64,000 bases of DNA from Oculina patagonica. Taxonomy: Eukaryota. Shown piece after piece: positions 39,092 through 50,915 of this stretch; position 1 is the first letter of the stretch; every line of letters begins with the position of its first letter. The DNA is taken from contig NC_135769.1 of the NCBI RefSeq assembly GCF_052425735.1, forward strand, positions 19,282,001 to 19,346,000, given 5' to 3'. The position numbers and the translations under genes were made by a program. A model generated the notes under the pieces. That model saw only the letters and a list, made by a program, of their open reading frames with translations, searched no databases and was not told the DNA's origin.

Positions 39092-42000
39092 TTATTTCAG
39101 CGTGATAGTGCAGGGGTCACTGAATGGTCCAAGGCGTCCCAATTCGTCCGTCGCACGCACCGCGAAGTGATACTTATTGCCGGGTAAGAACTGAGTTAGC
39201 GTGCAGGCCATAGGAAGAGGAAGCGCTTTGACGACTCCGATTTTCTTCCACTGGTGAGGATTCTCCGTCGTGCCTCCATCCTGCAGCGCAAACAACTGAT
39301 AGTTCATCACGGGTGCGTGTTTCTCCTCCAGAGGCATGTTCCACGACAAAACGATGCCACTCGTCACCACAGCTATGGAGACGCTGGGTTTTGGAGGGGG
39401 TTCTTTGGCGTGCACCGTTGGAGAGGCGATAGGTGGGGGCTGTACTGCACCTGGTGGTAGACCTGATTGGGCCGGCTGCTGGGGTCTTAACGGTACCTGT
39501 GTAAAACCAGGTTGAGGAGGGACAGAAGGTTGAGCGGGGGCTTGTCTCTGAGGACCGGCCACTTGTTGGTAATGCACCATACCGGGTTGTTGTGGTTGGG
39601 CGGGTCCATGTGGGTTGATGGCGTGGGGAGGAGACTGCATTTGCACTGGTGCACTTGGTCGTATTGGGACAGGATGGTGTGGTCGCGGAGCAGGCTGTTG
39701 TTCTGAGCGAAGAGGCTGTTGGAGCATGTGCTGTGGCGGAGACCTCTGAACGGGAGATTGCGGATATACAGGGGGTCTGGGGCCAGGTGAGATCTGACGG
39801 GGGCCACCCTGGGGAATTTGGGGTCTTTGAGGTCTCATCTGTGGAGCCACAGAGAATCTCGGTCCTGGCTGCCCGTTTTGATAGACGTTCTGTGCACTGT
39901 ATCCATAGGATGGCTGCTCTTGCGGAACCCGCACTGAGGGAGAACTTGATGAAGTCTGCGGGTGAACTGTCACTGTAGGTAGCGGCCGGCTGGATGCTGG
40001 GGCAACGTTCCTTGGTCCAGGAAGGCTGGTAACGGGACCCTGCATTCTCATCATCGGCCTCGGAGGTTGAACAGCTGGCGGGGCAGTCCTTACACCATTA
40101 AACCGAGGATGAGACGAGGAGGAGAAATTCGGTGTTGGAGCAGCAGCCCTAAGCTGGCTCGGTGCTGGTCTCGCCGCAGGTCCGGGATCGTAATTAGGAA
40201 CGTAAGTCACGCCTGACGCAACAGATGCCTGTGGGCGAGGTGAGATGTTGGACGTATCTGGATAGCGGGGACGCGGAGGCTCGGGCTGTTGCCGCTGAGG
40301 CGCTGGACGGAAGTTAACGGGAGGGGATTGCGACATATTTTCAAGACGAGAGGGCACAGTATGGCCCGGTAGGGGTGCTACGGTAGAGGTTAGCCGTGGT
40401 GTTGGTGTAGTCATAACATTGACTCCGACCGTAGAGGGCCTGGTGGCTGTTACACTGCTTGGTGGAGACGTCGTCGTTACAGTCTTTGGACGCATGTTGT
40501 TTAACTAGAAAACGAAAGGTTCTTATTAGTCAAGGACGAAGCATGTTTGACATATTTCTGCGTTGCTTAAGCAGCGGAATGAATTTTTTTTCAGAAACAA
40601 TAATAGCACTCGGGAAGTAATAGTACTCAATAAGGAAGTAGAGGGAAACTACAACGGCAAGGCTACGGGAACGTCGCTAAACAAAAGATTTAATGAGCAG
40701 TACAATAACTATGCACGAGTGTTGTGAATCATCGTACATTTTTTGCCATCCTCTGCAAAACAACAACGTAAAATGATCAAATTTTACGTTATGGCGAGAA
40801 CGCGAACCACAACGGCGAATTTTTCGCGTTTCTATTTGGAATTGACCTCTGTCTGAGCATAATTTGTTTAAAGATAGTTTTGATACCGAAAGGAAGACTA
40901 AATTGATCTAGATAATCGCGAGATTCTTAAGTAAAATATAAAATCGCTTTTAATCGACGTTGTCCTCGGCTTCGCCGTCACGGGTTGCTTAATCTACATA
41001 ATATTCGTTACCAACACGGTACACGGTACCGTGTTACACGCAACACGGTACGTCTTTTGGTACCATGTTGACTCGCCCGCGCTACTTGTCGAGTAGCAAA
41101 CGTAAAAGGGAAAGGCTACATGATATCCTTCTGTTATCGAATACGGATAAACCTTAACACGGTCTGGTACTATTCAGCCGTAACAAAACCCTGATACTTA
41201 CCCAGTTAGGATCTTGAGTTTGAACTGCTCGCGTTACTCTTTGCTTTGCTTTTTCCTTTTCAGCACTTAAGATGTTTTTCACCGACTCCTCAACTTTCTT
41301 GGCGTACTCTTTAAGAGCTTTATTCTCCTTTTCCAGTGAAGCTAATCTGTCCGAAAGTTTGTCGTTCGGACTGTCGTTGCCCATTGAACGCTCGATTTGT
41401 GTCATTCTCTCTTCGATCATCTTCTTCAGCATCTGTAAGACACGGCAGTTACATCAAGAGATTGCTTATAGCTCGATTAAAAAAATAGGAAAATAGCGGC
41501 TCCTTTCACTGACAGTGTTTAACCATCGTAACTGACATTTGGTGGACTAAGAACAGGTACTCATTTAATATAAACGAATATTTTGAACAGGATTAAACCA
41601 TTAGTACTTAAGAGTACTTGAGAGTACTGTTATCTTAGGGGTCATTTCGCTTAGTTCGTCGAGCGAGAAGCTTATTACAGTGAGAGGATAACATTTCCGC
41701 GCGAAAATTAGAATAACACGATTCCTTTCGCCTTTTTTTCCGCTCCCGCTCGACAAAATTTAGAACTGTTCGTAGTATAATTTTAAATTGTTCTTTCGTT
41801 TAGTTCGTCCAGTGAGAAGCTAAAACCAGCCAGAGGAAAACATTTCCGTGTGGAAATTAGAGCGAGACGTTTCCTTTCGCCTTTTTTCGCTCCCGCTCGA
41901 CGAAACTAAGAAGAGGGACTTTTTATTGTCTAATTTCAAATTGTTCCCCTTTGATGGAAACCAAGAAAACGATTTCCGCCATCTTTACTTTCTGTTTACA

Positions 42001-45000
42001 TAGTACATGTCTCCCCCACTGGCAAGGGTTTATACATATAATCATGATATTCATGGGAGGAGAGGGGAGGGGAGATGAGGACGTGGGATGAAGTGCTATT
42101 AATAATTTAACTGCTCCTAGTGTATGTCACACAATTTAATGTCCCGTTCCATTACTTCACAACTTTCATCGTTTAGTAATCTACTGTTTGTGATTTACAT
42201 TAGGTTTGGTCCCTGCCTGTCTTAGTAACAGCAAAGAAACATCAATTGTAGGAGAGAGTATAGGCAACGGAAACACAAGTGAACAATAATAGAGCGGGAG
42301 AGCTTACTTGTCGAAATTCATCTGAATTGAAGTTGAAGTCGCTACTGGTACTTTCTTCAGCGTTCACTCTGGGAGCCACGTCTGATAAAGCCGGCGAATT
42401 GCGATCCTTGCTGGAAACATCCACATGATTTTTATTCGCTACTGACGAGTCAATTTCGCCATTAATGTGGGTAGCGTTAACAGTTGAATCCACAGGACGC
42501 GTTTGATCGCCTTCTTCCAAAACTTCAACTGAGGAAAAGTCATGGTCTGAAGTTCTCGAGTCTGAACAGACTCCGTTAGAAAGCGTTTTATTTAAAGATT
42601 CTTCGAATCGCTCCACAAGTTTAGTACACGCCTTTTGGCGAACACTGGAGTTTGATTCAGTAGTTTCATTAACGGCGGTTGCCGCTTGATTCACCTCGTT
42701 TGGTTTACTAGGCCGCGGGGGCGTGGACAACACTTGGAAATCCATTGGTTGAGGTGAATGCGCCGGCGATGAGCCAGCGGATGATATGATAAAGTCAGGA
42801 CTTTGTGCATTCTTCGGAGTGGTGTTTTTTTCTGGGCTAACTTCTTTCTTGTCTGCTGTGCTGAGGGGTAATTTGCTGCCGTTAGGTTTGGGTGTAGGCA
42901 GACGGTTTTTCTGACAGTCTTTTGTAATTTGACGGATTCGCTCAAGAGTGAACGGATTAAACTGTAAATGGGACTGGACCCGACTGGGTGCTGCATTGCT
43001 CGATCCAGCAGATGACTCTCCGTTGGTCACGTGGTTTTCTGCTGATGCTAAACAGAAAATGAAACCGTGCAATCAGAGTTCGTGAAATAAACTGTATTCG
43101 ATCCATATTTACCAGTAAAACTACTAGGTCGTAAAGTGTAATCGTCCGGGTGAGAGTACTTCTGAGAAGAACTGTTGTTGGTGACTGACGTTTCGACAAC
43201 CTGAGCGGAAGTCATCTTCAGAGTCAAGTGAAAAGTTGTTGTCAGTCGATGTTGTTATAAGTTTTTTAACGACCAGACTTATAACAACATCGACTGACAA
43301 CAACTTTTCACTTGACTCTGAAGATGACTTCCGCTCAGGTTGTCGAAACGTCAGTCACCAACAACAGTTCTTCTCAGATCTACTCTCACCCGGACGATCA
43401 TACTTTACGACCTATTGATACTCCTGGGTTCAAACCTTTTACTATAGTAAAACTACTTATGCATCTAGTTTCTCGTACACCCTAAAACTCAATAAAACGT
43501 AAACACTCAGTTTTGTCCAGATAAAAATGAAAGGGAAAAAATCAAACTCGAACACTTGCTTCTTCATATGTTAAAGCTTTGATTTCTTAAAAGTGTTAAA
43601 AGTTCAACTGAGGCCTTACACTACTGCGTTAAAAAGTTTTAAAAAGTTTTAAGATCCAAGCTTTCGCCGATCTACGGCATCATCAGGGATAATAAGAAAT
43701 ATTCCGCGCGAGGCTTATATACAGATGTAAAATAAAACGTGAGAAAAGCGAAAGAATGTGGGCGGTGAATGTAAATGCTAATTAATAAGATACAAATATA
43801 AATAAAAATGAAAATGTGGTCTAACGAGCGAGTGTCAAAGTACAAAGAGTCTCTAGATATGTTAAAATAAGTATTAGAATAACAAGTCCGCGAATTCGCT
43901 GCACTCTTCTCGTGAGTTGAGGGTAGGTTTGTAGTTCCGTATGTAAAAAGCTTCAAACAGTCGTAGATTTGCGGGGTCGTTTTCTAGTACAATGGTCTTG
44001 ATTTCGATGCCTTTGTGAACTTTGTTTTGGCACTTTGAAATGTGTTTCTTCACGGAGGAATTGTCATTGTTCAGGTGTTCTCTTACTCGATCGTGGATAA
44101 AGCGTGTAGTGCTCCCGATGTAGTATTGGTTGCAATTGTTACACGTGATTTGGTAAACAGCGTTGCGTAATAAGCACAATTTGGTGTTGGAGACAGGGCA
44201 GTTGGCCCTCGTGCACGTCCGTTCCGTGTTGTTCTGAGAGAGAGCTCGTCTAAGCGTGTATGACTTGTGCGCGACCCGTACTGGTATACCCTCTTTCCGG
44301 AAAATGTTAGTGATCTTGTAGTTGAGACGTTCGGAGACATATGGGATTTTCAAGTAAGACCATTCTGTGTTGGTAGGTCGAGGGTCTTTTTTATGCTTCT
44401 GAGAGTGTTTAGTTTTGTTTATAGTGCTTTCAGGATACCCGTTAAGACGAAGGACGTCGTCGAACATGTTTTGATGTTTGTTGGCGGTCGTTTTTGTGGA
44501 ACATTTATCGTCGATACGTTTCCGCTCATTACGAATAAAGTTGATCTTTGATTTTTCCGGGATTGCTGATTGGTGATGAACGAATAGTGGTTTCTTTGCT
44601 GTTTTTTTGTAGAATTCAAAGGAGCTTTTGCCGTCTTTGGAGATGGTGACATTGAAATCAAGTAGTGATAGAGAGAAGCCATTGGGTGTTGTTTCTGGTT
44701 TCTCAATTTCAAATTTCAATTTAGGGTGCAGATTGTTCATTGCATAGTGGAATTGGTCTGCCATTTCCTCGCCAGTTGTCTGGAGATAAATGTCGTCAAC
44801 ATATCTCCGGTAGGGGCTTATAGATAAGTGCGAAGAGAGGGCGATGGTTTCCAGTCGGTCCATGAACAGGATGGCCAGGATGCCTGAGATGTTGGAACCC
44901 ATAGGCAGACCTTCTTTTTGGCGGTAAACTTGACCATTGAAGGAGAAGTACATGTTGTCTAGCGTGACTGTGAGAAGGTCTGATATGTCTTGTTTGGTGA

Positions 45001-48000
45001 GGCGGAGTATTGGGGCGTGCATTCTGTCGGTGGCGTTGGTAATGGCTTCTTGTATGGGTATTGAAGTGTACAAGGATACCACATCGAGGCTGCATGGATA
45101 TGGTAGTGTTTTATTGGTGGTGAAATCGCCGACTTGGATGCACTTGATGAGCTCGAGGCTGTTTTCTAGATGCGCTGGAACGTCCTTCAGCATTGGTTTA
45201 AGGGCGTTGGCGAGCAGCCACGAGAGGCGCTGTGTTGGTCCATTGGTGTTAGATACAATGGGTCGTATTTTAATGACTGGACCAGTTTTGTGGGTTTTGA
45301 TGAGGTGGTAGAACCTGGGGAGGTCAGTGTTTGTGGCGATGAAACTCTTTCGGACAAAAGGGGGAACTGGTTCTCGTGGCTGCTCGCCAACGCCCTTAAA
45401 CCAATGCTGAAGGACGTTCCAGCGCATCTAGAAAACAGCCTCGAGCTCATCAAGTGCATCCAAGTCGGCGATTTCACCACCAATAAAACACTACCATAAA
45501 AAAACCAGTTCCCCCCTTTTGTCCGAAAGAGCTTCATCGCCACAAACACTGACCTCCCCAGGTTCTACCACCTCATCAAAACCCACAAAACTGGTCCAGT
45601 CATTAAAATACGACCCATTGTATCTAACACCAATGGACCAACACAGCGCCTATCACTACTTGATTTCAATGTCACCATCTCCAAAGACGGCAAAAGCCCT
45701 TGAATTCTACAAAAAAAACAGCAAAGAAACCACTATTCGTTCATCACCAATCAGCAATCCCGGAAAAATCAAAGATCAACTTTATTCGTAATGAGCGGAA
45801 ACGTATCGACGATAAATGTTCCACAAAAACGACCGCCAACAAACATCAAAACATGTTCGACGACGTCCTTCGTCTTAACGGGTATCCTGAAAGCACTATA
45901 AACAAAACTAAACACTCTCAGAAGCATAAAAAAGACCCTCGACCTACCAACACAGAATGGTCTTACTTGAAAATCCCATATGTCTCCGAACGTCTCAACT
46001 ACAAGATCACCAACATTTTCCGGAAAGAGGGTATACCAGTACGGGTCGCGCACAAGTCATACACGCTTAGACGAGCTCTCTCTCAGAACAACACGGAACG
46101 GACGTGCACGAGGGCCAACTGCCCTGTCTCCAACACCAAATTGTGCTTATTACGCAACGCTGTTTACCAAATCACGTGTAACAATTGCAACCAATACTAC
46201 ATCGGGAACACTACACGCTTTATCCACGATGAGTAAGAGAACACCTGAACAATGACAATTCCTCCGTGAAGAAACACATTTCAAAGTGCCAAAACAAAGT
46301 TCACAAAGGCATCGAAATCAAGACCATTGTACTAGAAAACGACCCCGCAAATCTACGACTGTTTGAAGCTTTTTACATACGGAACTACAAACCTGCCCTC
46401 AACTCACGAGAAGAGTGCAGCGAATTCGCGGACTTGTTATTCTAATACTTATTTTAACATATCTAGAGACTCTTTGTACTTTGACACTCGCTCGTTAGAC
46501 CACATTTTCATTTTTATTTATATTTGTATCTTATTAATTAGCATTTACATTCACCGCCCACATTCTTTCGCTTTTCTCACGTTTTATTTTACATCTGTAT
46601 ATAAGCCTCGCGCGGAATATTTCTTATTATCCCTGATGATGCCGTAGATCGGCGAAAGCTTGGATCTTAAAACTTTTTAAAACTTTTTAACGCAGTAGTG
46701 TAAGGCCTCAGTTGAACTTTTAACACTTTTATTGAACATGCTACTGAAGGACAACATCCAAAGATTATTTTTCTTTGATTTCTTGTGTTTTGCCTAGTTT
46801 AAACTTACAAGAGAAAAATCTTAATCAATCCAAATCTCTTTCCTCAACGGAACTGGGGACTCTCAGAAACGTCCGAGAATGCTCATTGAAGAATTCCCTT
46901 ACGACACAACAAGTTCTTTCAGAAGACGCAAAAAAATAAATCAATCAATATCACAAAAACACACATTGACAAACTGCACTTTGCCACGGATGTTATGATC
47001 CGAGTCAAAGTTCTGCCGCCCTGCATGTTAGCAGGTTCTATCCTGGTCCATACACCACGTGCTACAGTTGCGTCTACCTCGTGATCAACACGTGTCGTGT
47101 CTCGCAGACAGACAAACGCACCGCGTGATGAATATTCATGCAGACGCGTCGGTGGTTGGAAAATATGGAAAAAGACCGCGGTCGACTGGTCTGGCGATCG
47201 ATATATTTATTCTGAACATAGCGAAAAACTTTTTTGGATGATAAAATATTTACGGCGTTGAAATTCGCTGCTTTCTTTTATTCATCTTTGTAAGCATTTA
47301 AAATAGAGTCACTCGATATTTCCCGCGGTTATAATTAGCAAACTGTAAACAAATAACATTCAAATGAATATATTGAATGATTGATTGGTTAATATTTTGT
47401 TTTTTTGTTTACATTCCAAAGATGGTTCTTGAAAACTTCAATATTAGCTAAACAACAAAGCTCCTACTGCGCTTACACAACTGTTATGTTCTAGTAAAGT
47501 AAAGTAGTCTAATATTACACTAAAAAAGTTAAAACGCAATTAGTTATAAATTGCAAAAGAATGTTAAAAATAAAATTAGACTGCAAAGTAATTGAAAGAT
47601 ATTCATTCCGTTGCTTGTATAGGCGCTAAACTTGAAATATTTAATATAACGCACTCGTCAAATTATCGAAAGCAACGATGGGTCGGAAGGTAATGCAAAT
47701 GTTCTAGTAAAGTTATGTTAATACAGAAGTTGTCTAATATTACACTGAAAAAATTAAAACGAAATTAATATTAAATTGCAAAAGATTGTAAAAATAACAT
47801 TTTATTTCCGCTGTTTTAAGGTATAGACGCTAGACTTGAAATATTTGATATAATGCACTCGTCTGCTAAGATCAAATTACCGAAAGCAACGTTGGGTAAT
47901 GCAAATTTAAGGACCTGTCTAATAGCTTCTAGACACGGGAGCCATGTTCAGCCAACCGTGGACTTCGTGGGCTGAAAAGTGGGTAGAATAACCTCAGGGC

Positions 48001-48770
48001 AATCATTTTGATGTTTTATCGTAAAGGTTCTCGAGTTTAATCTGCAGTTTAATCCGCAGTGCGTCGAACAATTCAACGCAGATAGGGGCTATATTGTTTA
48101 AACTCAACATCAATGGCTTCGTAATTGTAAACAAACTTTGTACTTATATGTAGTGAAATGGCGTAATTAATTCTCTGTATTATCAATATTGCTGAAGTTT
48201 GGAAAGTCTTTTTCCTCTTCAATAAAAAAAATCAATGGCTTCGGATAAAGGTGTTGATTACGAAAGAGCCAGTGTAGGCAGCTTAGTTCGGGAGCAGGGG
48301 TCGTATAATCACAGTGCACTTAGTCAACGTAGAAGACTATCTTTTACCAGAGAATGTAGACTTTGTAAGCAATAAAATATCAAAACAGAGAGTTTTTTTA
48401 AACACTAAGATTGCAGTTCAATTTAACTGACAAATGTTGTTAAGACTCACTTGAAGGGGTACCTCCAACTTCAAGTTTCCTAAAGATAAAAAGATAAATT
48501 ACGGTCAAGTCAATGATTAACAGATTGATATAAACGAAAACAGAACAACGAACGTATGGTATCTACAATTACCGGTTACCAGGGCCCAGTTGTTCAAAGG
48601 GTGGATAACGCTATCCAACGGATAAATCGCTATCCAGTGGATAAGTGTTAACAAAACATACTGCGCTTTCCATCGGATAGTGATTTATCCGATGGATAGC
48701 GTTATCCACCTTTTGAACAACTGGGACCAGGTCCTTACCGCTTTTTCCTCGGTGCTTCTATATCCTCCAT
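39092..48770 (-). CDS. ATF7IP: ATF7-interacting protein (MCAF1/Windei), SETDB1 cofactor; 5 coding exons
   Basis: Exons 48770-48739, 48479-48451, 43047-42308, 41432-41202, 40504-39092, phase-consistent. N-terminus MEDIEAPRKKRKLEV (NLS), coiled-coil exon, Pro/Gln-rich region, diagnostic C-terminal FN3 domain GIVLSWN..YQLFALQ..WKKIGVVKALPLPMACTLTQFLPGNKYHFAVRA.DELGR.GPFS. Confidence 0.92.
43182..43226 (-). ncRNA. Minimal type I hammerhead ribozyme (sense to the ATF7IP pre-mRNA)
   Basis: UGACU-CUGAAGA-UGAC[..]GUC-GAAA-CG-UC^AGUCA; helix I UGACU/AGUCA, palindromic ACGU helix III. Confidence 0.85.
43313..43357 (+). ncRNA. Minimal type I hammerhead ribozyme
   Basis: TGACT CTGAAGA TGACTTCCGCTCAGGTTGTC GAAA CG TC AGTCA; predicted GUC cleavage after 43352. 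Confidence 0.85.
43649..43695 (-). ncRNA. Minimal hammerhead ribozyme in the Penelope 3' pLTR (left arm, sense to the ATF7IP pre-mRNA)
   Basis: Reverse complement of 46624-46670. Confidence 0.75.
43874..45372 (-). CDS. Penelope-like reverse transcriptase + C-terminal GIY-YIG endonuclease (N-terminally truncated, frame intact)
   Basis: KTHK..IRPIVS, SLDVVSLYTSIP, GLPMGSNISGILA, RYVDD, Cys-rich linker CTRANC..C, AVYQITCNNCNQYYIGST.R...RVREH, EAFYI...PTLN. The first ~18 aa of the called 517-aa ORF come from the inversion junction. Confidence 0.95.
45373..46445 (+). pseudogene. Rearranged, internally deleted and frameshifted second copy of the Penelope ORF
   Basis: Same sequence as the left arm with segments permuted, the RT core missing, and indels near 45697-45720 and 46230. 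Confidence 0.9.
46624..46670 (+). ncRNA. Minimal hammerhead ribozyme in the Penelope 3' pLTR (right arm)
   Basis: ATCC-CTGATGA-TGCCG TAGAT CGGC-GAAA-GC-TT-GGAT; helix I ATCC/GGAT extendable with TTA/TAA, helix II GCCG/CGGC, palindromic AGCU helix III. Confidence 0.75.
47486..47910 (+). repeat. Diverged tandem duplication (2 x about 210 bp)
   Basis: ATGTTCTAGTAAAGT..TCTAATATTACACT..GCACTCGTC..GAAAGCAACG..GGTAATGCAAAT occurs twice. Confidence 0.75.
48583..48727. mobile_element. Palindromic PIF/Harbinger-like MITE (CAG TSD) next to the donor of the first ATF7IP coding exon
   Basis: CAG|GGCCCAGTTGTTCAAA...TTTGAACAACTGGGAC|CAG; older relative at about 6950-7080. Confidence 0.8.
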
Positions 48771-50499
48771 AAGTCCATTAGTTTCCAGGCCAAGCCCCCT
48801 CGTGTGTTAGAGGTATCACTGTGCAAATAAAAGATAACAGATCAATTTTGTAAAGAATTTACACATTGATTGGAGGATTGAACGGCCCCCTTCAGTTGTT
48901 ATTTAATAGCTTGTTCTACATTATTTCCCAGTGGTCATGTTGTAAACCACTGTTAGTTAAAAAGTGGCAAGAAAGTTCTTTCCCAATGTTGTGCTACTTG
49001 TTATTCAAAGGATTACTACATCGGATTACTACAGCTGTAAGCGAGATAATCTGCTAATTAAATTAGTTTATATAAACTTTGAAGCTGTGACTACTTTTCA
49101 CTTGTTTATAAAAAGCAAAACAATGCATATGTAACAGAAATTTTTAGTAAAACACAAACTTGAGCAAGGTAGAAAACTAAAGATTACATAAACAAACCAT
49201 CAACACAGTAGCAAAGAAAGTAAAAAGATTAAAGAACAAATGTTTTGTACATCAACTGTTCTGTGAAAAAGCTAATTTTAAAGCAATAGTTAAAGTATTA
49301 GTTAAAGAAAATGTAGAGGAATCTGGGCAAGGCCACATTGAAATTTTATTATGCTTGACTCACAAGTAAACAAGAGTGTTAAAAATTAATTCATATGCAA
49401 ATACAAGACTGTATCACACAATGGCACAGTCTTATGAAAATCTCAAGTTTTACGTCACGTGGACAAAATTATATTCACCAGTTGTGAAAGGGCAGCAGAT
49501 TTTCTGCTGCAAATACGAATATTTTGATCCAAATGGTTTTATATAGGGTTGCTTAGTGTGATACATGCATAAAACAATGATTTACACACAAAAACATGTG
49601 TAGTTTTAGCATCAGAATGATACCGTGCCAGGGTAATTAAGAAACATCAAATGCCGACGTACATACAATTACCTGTTCTTTACTTAGCCGTCAGATTCGC
49701 TACACTTCGCCGGCATTTGCACGCATTTGACGTTTGCTCGTTCAACAGGTACCGAACGCAAGTGTGTAATGTGATTCACGCAATGTCGATGAAATTAAGA
49801 CCTTCCAATCCAAACGCTTTGAAAAATGCCTTCGACTTCATCTTTGCGAGTGCGAATAAACACGCCGCTTTGTCGCATTCTTATTGGTTTGTTCACTGGG
49901 CCGGAAAAACCAATGAGTTATTCATTCACAAGAAGTGAGATTCCCATGGGATCATTTACATCACACAAGCGCCCTTCGACCTGCGAAACAAATATGGCGG
50001 CCAGCTAAGTGTCGCGTGAATCAAGTCGACTTTTGATCGAAAAACGGTACTTTAGTGACCCACACTGACTTATAATCTACTCTTTTGCTTTCTTTTCGAT
50101 TAAAGGACGTCTTTTTCATTCATAACGAACTCTTTAAAGCAACAATGAGCGTAAAAATACCGAGATTTTTTCGTAGACTTCGTCTATGCCCCACTTTTCA
50201 AGCGAAAGTTATTGTCCATATGCAAATGAAAGCTTTGCAGCCTTCCCCGTAAGTCAACGGAAGACCGTGCTGTTTAAAATGGTAATAATTAAGACGTATA
50301 TGTATTCTACTTAATTGCAAAGTCACCTTCCTAAACTAAAACAAGCTCCGCATTCAAAAACATCAACAAAGTCTCAGAGTAAAACATTCATTATGTCATC
50401 ACACACTTTGTGTAAAACTATACCAACATTTATAAACATAAATTGAACACGAGGTTATCGCGTAGTTAAACAATTCTCGAATTTTAAAGATTTACTTAC

Positions 50500-50915
50500 C
50501 TCTCTGCTATAACAACACGAACGTCGAATAGAAGTTACACCTTCAAAAATCTTCGCACGTCAGCTCGCGGAATCATTCTAACTGTCGATATTTGAAGCGA
50601 TATAAAAGTGTCTCAGAAGACCCGAGTCGATGAGATCTTAATCCTAGAGGTTTGATAATTGCTCAAACTCCAAATACAATATTTTCTCTTTTAAACAGAA
50701 GTTTTCGGCAAACAAAATTTCACGCAATATTCACACATTAAAAACCACTGCTCGTATCCCGGTCGACCCGGTCAGCTCGACGAGAAATCGTGGCGCACTT
50801 CGCATGCGTCAGACGAATGCTAAAAATAGATTGGGCGGATACGGGTCACGTGACGAATCAATTGAGCCAATCGGAATTCAACTCTTGGATTCACTTGTCT
50901 TCTTGAGCCAATCAT
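50500..50915 (-). promoter_or_regulatory. Probable ATF7IP promoter and non-coding first exon
   Basis: Minus-strand donor AG|GTAAGT near 50499; upstream cluster of NRF1-like CGCATGCG, CCAAT boxes, GGGCGG and E-box GTCACGTGAC (50790-50915). Confidence 0.5.

Larger units (their letters stand above)
43126..43445. mobile_element. Non-coding fold-back Penelope-type (pLTR/retrozyme-like) insertion with two inverted hammerheads
   Basis: Inverted arms of about 138 bp (43125-43262 / 43276-43414), a 31-nt unpaired 3' tail and a 12-bp TSD AGTAAAACTACT (43114-43125, 43446-43457). Confidence 0.85.
43589..46772. mobile_element. Penelope-like retroelement, 5'-truncated, in inverted (fold-back) configuration
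   Basis: Left arm on - (about 45372-43589), rearranged right arm on + (45373-46730), 42-nt unpaired tail 46731-46772, 12-bp TSD CTTTGATTTCTT (43577-43588, 46773-46784). Confidence 0.95.

Noticed and set aside
45373-45427. Start codon and N-terminus (MRWNVLQHWF...) of the 517-aa ORF
   Set aside because: This is antisense RT sequence across the inversion junction, not a real N-terminus
45530-46400. A/G and T/C differences between the Penelope arms as a sign of ADAR editing before integration
   Set aside because: Too few changes, not in a consistent direction, and transitions are expected anyway
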